From the NCBI GenBank assembly GCA_964016885.1, contig OZ024741.1, forward strand, positions 295,988,001 through 296,052,000: a stretch of 64,000 nt of DNA, given 5' to 3'. The notes below the pieces were generated by a model. The model had not been told where the DNA came from. It did not search any database and saw nothing but the letters and a program-made list of their open reading frames with translations. This stretch comes from Eledone cirrhosa. Its lineage: Eukaryota. The number at the start of each line of letters is the position of its first letter. Position 1 is the first letter of the stretch. This document shows, one piece after another, positions 54,590 to 64,000 of this stretch. The translations under genes and the position numbers were made by a program.

Positions 54590-54689
54590 GTATTTAGGTG
54601 CAAATAAATTGCATTCGTAGGCGGTATGACGAATGAACACTCGATGTTCTGGGGGGGGGGGGGAGTATCAATAGTATTAATATATATAG

Positions 54690-54978
54690 AGAGGTATAAA
54701 AAGTTTTATTAGTTTCACGCTTTATATAGAAAAGAGGAAAGAAAGCTCGACGTGACGGTCTTTAGTTTTTTTTCAGGAGTACAAAAATAGAGGCAGGATC
54801 ACCAAAGAGATACAGAAAATAATTTTTATCTTTACTTGGTCTACCTTTATTTTCTGTATCTGCTTTGTGATCCTGCCTCTATTTTTGTACTCCTGAAGAA
54901 GGGCTAAATCCCGACACGTCGAACTTTCTTTCCCCTTTTCCATATAAAGCGTGAAACTAATAAGACTTTTGTATCTCT
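54690..54978. repeat. Diverged inverted repeat, ~130-bp arms, with a hammerhead relic at 54890-54923
   Basis: CTC-CTGAAGA-AGG..CC-GACA-CG-TC; downstream AAGCGTGAAACTAATAA resembles 17064 and 29634. Confidence 0.85.
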
Positions 54979-55375
54979 GTCTGTTGTCTTCATGAACTAT
55001 ATATATATATATATTCGCTGTATGTGGGAGTGTATTTCAGTTTACGATCATAAACACTCATATGCTTAAAAGAACGCTTATATCAATGTTGTATGTGGGT
55101 GGATATGTGTACGCGATTTTAGCGGTATTTAATTACTAAATTATCATTTAATTAGTTAAACATTCACTATCACACACAGACATACACGCACACACACTCA
55201 TTCACACGCACAATCAGAGATACATACGCACACGCATACACACATACACATACAAATACACACTCGCACATATACAGACATATATACGACGAGCTTCTGC
55301 AAGGTTTCTATGTAGAGAATTCACTCAGAAAGTATTTTCAACTATAATAGAAATCCCTTGTCCAAGGTCTCTCTT

Positions 55376-55435
<60 letters not shown>

Positions 55436-55625
55436 CATATTAATATTAAGTGTTTCCGTTGCAAAGGTAAAGGAAAAGAGAGTGCTCTATGTAAGCTACA
55501 GAGCTATTTAGTTATGTAATAAACAACATAAGACAATTATTCCATTTACCAAAGGTATCACGAGGACAGACGAGCTCGACACAGACGTCTGAAATCGCTC
55601 ATCAGAATGATATTTATTACATAAC

Positions 55626-55661
<36 letters not shown>

Positions 55662-55895
55662 AGAAACAGGGTCTGTGTGGTTGCTGGATAAAGTGTATTT
55701 ATAAATAACAGGAAAGCACGAACGGGGGATAATTTCCCTTCACCAGTTGTCTGCTTGAGATCATATATATATATGTGTGTAATAAAAGTGATGATGTTTC
55801 GTTTAAATGTATTTAGTTTTTTATTGTGTATTGACCTGTTACGTAGGTTTCGCAGAGATTTGGCTCAGGATCACCGATAAAAGTTATGGACACTA

Positions 55896-55929
<34 letters not shown>

Positions 55930-55945
55930 AACACACATACACACT

Positions 55946-55976
<31 letters not shown>

Positions 55977-56097
55977 GTGTGTGTGTGTGTATATATGTAT
56001 ATATATATATATGTGTGTGTATATATATACATATATACACACACACATATATATGTATATATATATACATATATACATATATATATATACATATATA

Positions 56098-56165
<68 letters not shown>

Positions 56166-56959
56166 GGTTCGTTCGGGTTAATCAATCCGTTATTGTTTGT
56201 CAGTTGAATGCATTGATCAACAACAGGTTTTTGTACGCAGGATTTAACACTCCATGTAGTATACTTCCCAGACTGTGATGTAATCACGCAGGTTTAATAA
56301 CGAACAGTTTTCATATAATTGTTTCTACTTTTGGCACAATTACCCAGTGCATTACTGGTAATTTATTTTATCGACCCCGTAAGGATGAAAGGCAAAGTTA
56401 ACCTCGGCGGGATTCGAATTCAGATTGCAAGGGCCGTAACTCTGTGCGTCAAAGCATAGCGTCCGACCCTCTACCGATACTGCCAATCCACAGCAGTTTT
56501 CATATAATGATGAAGAATAAGGCAGTATGATCGAATTTTCCATCATTTTATTAATTATGTTATTGCTGTTATACGCATTTCGAAGGTATCAGTTATGTAA
56601 TAGGCACGATCTCATTAGAAAATTATTATGTAATGTTTTATACTGCGATATTTCAGGGGCGAGTATTTTGATGTTGCTCATTCAGCGCCCGGCTGTAATT
56701 GATACCATCAAAAATGCGTATCACAGCAAGGACTTAATTAATAAAATATGTCCGTGTGTATTAAAATAACGAAATTTTCAATACTGTCATCACTATTCTT
56801 AATATTCTAAATCATTAACCTAATAGCTATAAATAGTTCAAACATATTCTTTACTTAAGTAACCAAAAGTGATCCAAAAATATAGGATGTTGAATCAAAT
56901 AAGTTATATTTTCAAATTACCTTCAATTCGGTGATCGTGCCAACCCTTACCTATAGTCA

Positions 56960-57365
56960 TGAATCTTGGGTAATGACCGAAAGAATACGATCGCGAATAC
57001 AAACGGCCCAAACTGGTTTCCTTTGAAGGGTCTTTGAGTAACATTACTCGATAGAGAGCAAAGCTCGGAGATTAGGAAGTCACTCAAGGTAGAGCTGTTA
57101 CTTCTCCGAATTGAGAGATCACAGCTCCGATATTACGGACACGTGGTTAGAATGTCTCAGTGAAGAATCGCTGGACAGATTTTATGGGCAAAATCAAATG
57201 GCAAGAGACTCAGGAGTAGAACCAGAGCTAGATGGTTGAATTACATCGCTTTGGGATCCAGCTGGATCAATTGCATACAGATGCTTCTCACAAGACCCGC
57301 TGGAAGGAGTGCTTTAGGAGTTTTACCCCGCGACCCTCCCAGGAATACGTGGGCGATATAGAAGA
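56960..57365 (+). mobile_element. RTE LINE 3' fragment
   Basis: WVMTERIRSRIQ..YGHVVRM..GKR.R.R.R.RW with stops and frameshifts. Confidence 0.8.
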
Positions 57366-58462
57366 TAACATTATAAAGACGGAAAACAGTAACAATAAAT
57401 GGGGTATTGGTGGTGGTGGTGTTGGTCGTGGTGATGGTGGTGGTGGTGGTGGTGGTGGTGGTGGTGGTGGTGGTGGTGGTGGTGGTGGTGGTGGTGGTGG
57501 TGGTGGTGGTGGTGGAAGTGATAGTGATGGTGGTAGTGGTGGTGGTGGTAATGGTGGTAGTGAAAGTGGTGGTGGTAGTGGTGGTGGTGGATGGTGATGG
57601 TGGTAGTGGTGGTGGTGGTGGTAATGGTGGTAGTGAAAGTGGTGGTGATAGTGGGGGGGGGGTAGTGGTAGTGGTGGTGATGGTGGTGGTGGTGGTGGTG
57701 GTGGTAACAGACCTCGCAGAGGCCAAACCTCTGTTATTTCTAAATTTACACATGTCATAGTACGAGCCAGCATCGTGGAGAGCAGCATTCCTGGTACAGA
57801 CAAATATGTGAAAACCAATGACCAACGGAGACCTAAGATATCCAAACTTATATTGGGAATAGTTACTGTGTAAGGGGTAAATACTTTGTTTCCTTTGTCC
57901 CTACGTGTATATGAGGGGCGAAGGTATTCAACAAGTATACATGGTTCTTATCTGAATTCCATGGCTGAAACTTTGTTTCATAGTTAGAAACCAGAGCCAT
58001 TCTTTATCGGTAGAATTCAAAGAATTAAAAAAGAATGTAAACATTATGTATACATACATACATACATACATACATACATACATACATACATACATACATA
58101 CATACATACGTACGTACATGCAAGTATATATACATACATACATTCAAACATACATACATACATACATACATACATACATACATACATACATACATACATA
58201 CATACATACATACATACATACATACATACGTACGTACGTACGTATATGCAAGTATATATACATACATACATTCAAACATACATACATTCATATATACATA
58301 CATACGTACGTACGTATATATATATATATAAACACATACATAGAAACATACGTACATACATTTTACATACATACATATATATATGTATATATACATGCAA
58401 TCATACGTACACACGTGCATACATGCACGCGCATACACACACATATATATATATATGTCTGC

Positions 58463-58532
<70 letters not shown>

Positions 58533-58890
58533 CATAATGAAGACATAACAAAGCGTCCTTTACTGTCTGGTTCAAATCCCGCCGAGGTTAACTTTGTTTT
58601 TCATCCTTCGGGGGTCGATAAAATAAAGACCCAGTAACGTACTGGGGTCGATATAATTGACTTCCCCTCCCCCAAATTACTAGCCTTGTGCCTATACTAG
58701 AAATCATTATATTATTATTACCATTCAAATCCCGCCGAGGTTGACTTTGCCTTTCATCCTTACGGGGTCGATAAAATAAAGTACCAGTAATGCACTGGGT
58801 AATTGCTGGCCTTGTGCCTAAAGTAGAAACAATTATATTATTATTACCATTATATATATATATATATGTAAAATATATGTAAATGTATGT

Positions 58891-59098
<208 letters not shown>

Positions 59099-59431
59099 TA
59101 TATATATATATATATACACATACATACACACACATTTTCGCACGTACAATCACTCATATGCAAACGTATACACATGTAGAGGCTTCCATACTAGACACAC
59201 GTTTACATAGGTACATATTGGATACATCCACACAAGCACATATATACATACAGTATGACAAGTAGACATGTAGACAAGTACAGTCATCGAGACGTCTGGA
59301 AATCTGGAATACCAGACATCTGACGTCACATTCACATATCGGACAGATGACTCATTGTTTGGGTTAAAGTGTTGCTGTTGATGTTTTTGTTGTTGTTGGC
59401 GGTGATTGTGGTGGTGGTGGTGTTGTTGTTG

Positions 59432-59463
<32 letters not shown>

Positions 59464-60282
59464 GGTGGTGGTGGTCCTGGTAGTGGGTGTGATGGTGGTG
59501 ATGGTGGTGGTGGTGTTAGTGGAGGTGGTGGTAGAGATGGTGGTGGCAGTAGTGGTGGTGGTGGTGTTGGTGGTGGTGATGTGGTGGTGGTGGTAGTGGT
59601 GGTTATGGTGGTGGTAGTGGTGGTGATGGTGGCGGTCCTCGTAGTGGGTGTGGTGGTGGTGATGGTGGTGGTGGTGGTATTGGTGGTTGTAGTGGTTGTG
59701 GTGTAGTTCTTGTTCTTGGTGGTGGTGGTGGTGGTGGTGGTGGTCCTGGTGCTGGTGTTGGTTGTGTAGGGATGGTGGTGATGATGATGATGGTGGTGGT
59801 GGTGATGATGGTGGTGGTGGTGGTGGTGGTGTCGGTGGTGGTGGTGGTGGTGGTGGTGGTGGTGGTGGTGGTGGTGGTGATCGTCTTGCTAGTGGTATTG
59901 GTGGTAATAGAGATGTTGTTGATATTGATGTTGAAGATCAGTACTGAGAGTATGTGTAACAACGGTACTGTTGATATTGGTGATGATGTTGTTGGTGTTA
60001 TCGGTGGATTGGCAGTATCGGTCGAGGGTCGGACGTCATGCTTTCTAGCATAGAGTTACGGCCCTTGCCATTCTGCAAAATAAAGTACCAGTAATGTATT
60101 TGCTGGCCTTGTGCCAAAAGTAGAAACAATTATAGTGTTGGTGTTTGTTGATATTGATGTTGGTGGTGTAGTGGTGGTGTTGGTGTTGTTCATGTTGTTG
60201 TTGTTGTTGGTGGTGGTGGTGGCGGCGGTGGCGGTCGTGTTTGTTGTGCGTTTGCTGTTGTTTTTGGTTGTGGTGGTGATGG

Positions 60283-60314
<32 letters not shown>

Positions 60315-60453
60315 GGTGGTGGTGGTGGTGGTGGTAGTGTGCTAAATTGTCTTGTAGTGTTTGTCTTGTCACTGTCGTTGCTACGTACATATACCGTAAA
60401 AGCACTATTTATACTATTCACATAGACACAACCTCCCCACCCATCTCCCACCG

Positions 60454-60566
<113 letters not shown>

Positions 60567-60643
60567 TTGAGCAAGACACTTTATTTCACGTTGCTCCTTC
60601 TACCTGGAGTTGCGACCGATAGATAGTGCTCGCAACTGGAGAG

Positions 60644-60768
<125 letters not shown>

Positions 60769-60799
60769 TGTATGTATGTATGTATGTATGTATGTGTGT

Positions 60800-62930
60800 G
60801 TGTGAGTGTATAATAATAATAATATTATTTATACTTATATATACACTATATATAATTATAAACAGGAAAGGTCAGTAATTCATTACTACCTTATTACCAG
60901 TAAGAAAAATAGCTCAAAACATCAGATGTCTTACAGAGCAGGAATATAAATTACAGTATAATCAAAACTATGTTCAAAACATTTTATTGCTGACAATCGT
61001 TTCTTCCAAACTTTCGTTTCGAATCATCGGAGCACTAGCAAAGTTTAGACATAAAATTAACTTCTTATTCCACAGAACAATCGTAAAGATACATAGATAT
61101 TAGTGTTATCATTAACAGTGTCATATTTACAGAATGGAGATGATGTGGTCAGTATCAGTGGATGCGACAAAGATTATAAAAGAATAATATAACAATTATT
61201 GAGGAATTAAAGCAGAAAGTTACTCGCAAAACGAGGACATTAGCAGTACATATACAAGCGTATAGAGAGAGTGAAAATGTGTTAGGCATGTACAGAATAG
61301 CTAAGAAAGAAACAAGCAATAGTACTAGGCATAAATGTCACAGTATGGAAAAGGTATCACATAATACAATACAGGTTTTAAAGCATATTAAGCAGACAGA
61401 GATGTTTGTGTATGAAAAGTAGTTTCTATGAAGTTTATGGTGGATGTAGTGTGATAATTGTTCCGGTAATGTTCAAATGTGCATGTGTTGTGAGTATTAA
61501 TATTAAGGTTTTCCTTTCCATTACATTGGTTATATTTTAGTGAATGTTTATCAGTAGTTACAACTATGGACTGTATATTGGTCCTATTACAATCTTATCT
61601 AGGATTCGAGTTGTTCTAGAGTGATCTGTATAACGGTTTAATTTCAGGAAGTGAATTAGATATCTATATTAAGGGGAGCTAATGTGAAAGGGGGGGGGGG
61701 GGGGTAATTGGCGATTCATTTTTATATAATAGAAAAAATGTATAGTTGTTTACAGCTCCAATTAGTTAAATTCCATGTGCTAATATACAATATATTACGT
61801 TATAAGTGAATCCTTTTATATAATTGTTTCTACTATTGGCACAACGCCAGCAATTACCCAGTACATTACTAGTACTTTATTTTATCGACCCCGTAAGGAT
61901 GAAAGGCAAAGTTAACCTCAGCGGGATTTGAACTCAAAATGGCAAGGGCCGTAACTCTATGCGTCAAAGCAGGGCGTCCGACCCTCTACCGATACTGCCA
62001 ATTCCTTTTATATAATGCTATTTATTTATATATTTAATTTTAAATACAATCTTTTTTCCTATAATACATTAAAGGTCTCATTTTATTACTATCTACCCAT
62101 ATATTAATTAAATGAATAAAATATAAGTAAGCTATAGTAGTTATATTAACTGGTGGTAACTTTATGTTTATTCCTAATAGTTATTGTAGAGTATAAGATT
62201 TGAGATAAATAGGAGCCAAGTAGAGGAATGAGCTGATCATATAATGTGATGCTGTGGGGGTAATTATATGCTGATAAAACCTAGAGGTGAAGTGTTAATG
62301 GTGGTGAGGAATCCAGATCTGACATTGTTATATACTAGCAGCTAGGTTTAAAGTTGTGGAAAGAGTGTCGGTGGTAGTGTTGGCACATGGAAAAAATTTC
62401 TGATTTTCTATTTAAGAGGTTTAGCTTAGAATAGATTATAGTGCGGGTCTCCAGAAGACAAAGGTTACATAATTTATTCGGTGGTTTATACGATGCGGTC
62501 TTATCTATTACTTCCCATTGAAGTGTATATGGTCTATTCTTAGTTTTCAGATAGTGTATGTAGTTAGATAAAGAAGTGGAGTTGGCTAGATTACGATTTT
62601 TGAAAGTGTGGAGATGCGGGTTATATCTCGTCTTGAAGCAGTTCGAAGTAGAACCGATATATGTTTTTAAAGAGTTGTTTGTATTGACTGTGCATGAGTA
62701 AATGATGTCTTTGATTAATCAATTTTTACCTAAGGGGCAAGTTCTATTTGTTCTACAGTTATAGTTATTCTGGTTGTTTACTTGCTGGTTAATATGGTGT
62801 GTAGATGCATGGTTGTTGGGGATAGCATTTGGGTAATGATGGTTTCATTCTCATTGTTATTAATTTCATTAGTGCTATTACTATTATTGCAACTAGAATT
62901 CTCTGGTACTATGTTGTTATGTAAGTTATA
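60800..62930 (-). mobile_element. 5'-truncated PLE (GIY-YIG remnant 62335-62830, long 3' UTR, terminal hammerhead), interrupted by a SINE
   Basis: Minus strand reads NCR..CPLGKN*LIKDIIYSC..TYIGSTSNCFKTRYN.H..NSTSLS..W..CNLCLLE (not in the ORF track); bounded by TA-rich tracts. Confidence 0.85.
60989..61033 (-). ncRNA. Hammerhead (U4C, U-A stem II base) at the PLE 3' end
   Basis: GCT-CCGATGA-TTC-G-AAAC-GAAA-GTTT-G-GAA-GAAA-CGATTG-TC-AGC-AATAAA. Confidence 0.7.
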
Positions 62931-63214
62931 TATATATATATAATAAAGAAGGCGTGGTAAGATACAGGTGGACCATAAAGCACCAGAGTACTCGATACTT
63001 AGGGTAGTAGAGTGGGTAATAGGGAAAACAGTCAGGATCCCGAAGTAGCTGTTGAAACGGCCGGTACTCAGCCGTCGACGTCCTGAAACTTTTGGAGTGT
63101 GAGATTTTCTTTCGAACTGCTGGACTTACAACCTAACAGCTCCTTCTACCACTGATGGTAATTATCGCCAAATATTGATATTGATTTGGTTATTGATATT
63201 AATATTATTGGGCA

Positions 63215-63329
63215 CCCACTGAAGATTTGTAAGAGCCCACTTGCATAAGAATCCATTGATCTTACACAAGTTTCTACATAACTTGATATAATTTCACCCA
63301 CCATCTTACAATGAAACGATTCGTTTGGG
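63215..63329 (+). ncRNA. Hammerhead with a ~69-nt insertion in loop II
   Basis: CCCA-CTGAAGA-T-TTGTAAGA-[insert]-TCTTACAA-T-GAAA-CGA-T-TCG-TT-TGGG. Confidence 0.7.
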
Positions 63330-64000
63330 AAATGAGATCTTTAATATATCTCATATAAAATAATACAGCCAATTATTCACACAATACAATATAGTTAGCA
63401 CGCCAAACGTTTAATTGTTAGGTTCGGACGCCATGCTTTGCAGCATAGAGTTACTGCCCTTTATGATCTAAGTTCAAATCCCGCCGCGGTTAACTTTGCC
63501 TTTCATCCTTACGGGGTCGATAAAATAAAGTACCAGTAATGCACTGAGTAATTGCTGGCCTTGTGCCAAAAGCAGAAACAATTATTATTTTTCTATTTAA
63601 TTTTTTCACTTAGATATATAATGAAGTATACTTTGGCTGGAAACCACATGCTTCAATTTTGACCCTTCTCTTGCAATTTACACTTTTCAGAAAATTAATC
63701 TCTCACCGCTGGCGCTACCTGTCTCACCATATATTTTACTATTTCAAGTCGTCTATAAATTAATAAGGAAGTTCTCTTGCTTGGTCTATGTCTCTCTCTC
63801 TATATATATGTGTGTGTGTGTGTGTGATTTCCTGGCAGTTGTTACATCGTTGCTCCCATCTGAATTTGGTTATTGTCTAACAATAAGAACAGGAAGTCCT
63901 CTTTAGCTACTAGACTCTCTGGCTGTCTATCTATCTCTCTGGCAGTCATTCTGTTTTACTGGCTAGGTGTGTGTGTGCCTGAGTTTTATACACACACCCA

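Noticed and set aside
55830-55868. Minus-strand GC-GAAA-CCT..AGG-TC as a full hammerhead
   Set aside because: Only the 3' half is intact and the CTGANGA segment is incomplete, so it was not counted

Overview
This is AT-rich, microsatellite-saturated eukaryotic DNA with no recognisable host gene. The (TA)n/(CA)n/(ATAC)n density and the SINE repertoire suggest a cephalopod such as Octopus (inference, not a database result). The window is a transposable-element mosaic. It holds four Helitron copies, one with a decayed Rep/PIF1 gene and one with 23-aa STPR-like repeats. It holds one nearly complete Penelope-like element (PLE; RT plus C-terminal GIY-YIG, 521-bp direct pseudo-LTRs) and three PLE fragments. 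There are also fragments of RTE, R4/Dong, Tx1-like and CRE-like LINEs, two MITE families and many tRNA-derived SINEs. Two signals stand out. (1) About 20 type I hammerhead ribozyme motifs from several PLE pseudo-LTR families, including U3-A8 compensatory cores, U-U/U-A stem II bases and long stem II insertions. (2) More than a dozen near-perfect fold-back inverted duplications abutting or spanning (TA)n tracts. Together they suggest a (TA)n-centred cycle of PLE insertion and fold-back synthesis. All alignments and folds were done by eye.
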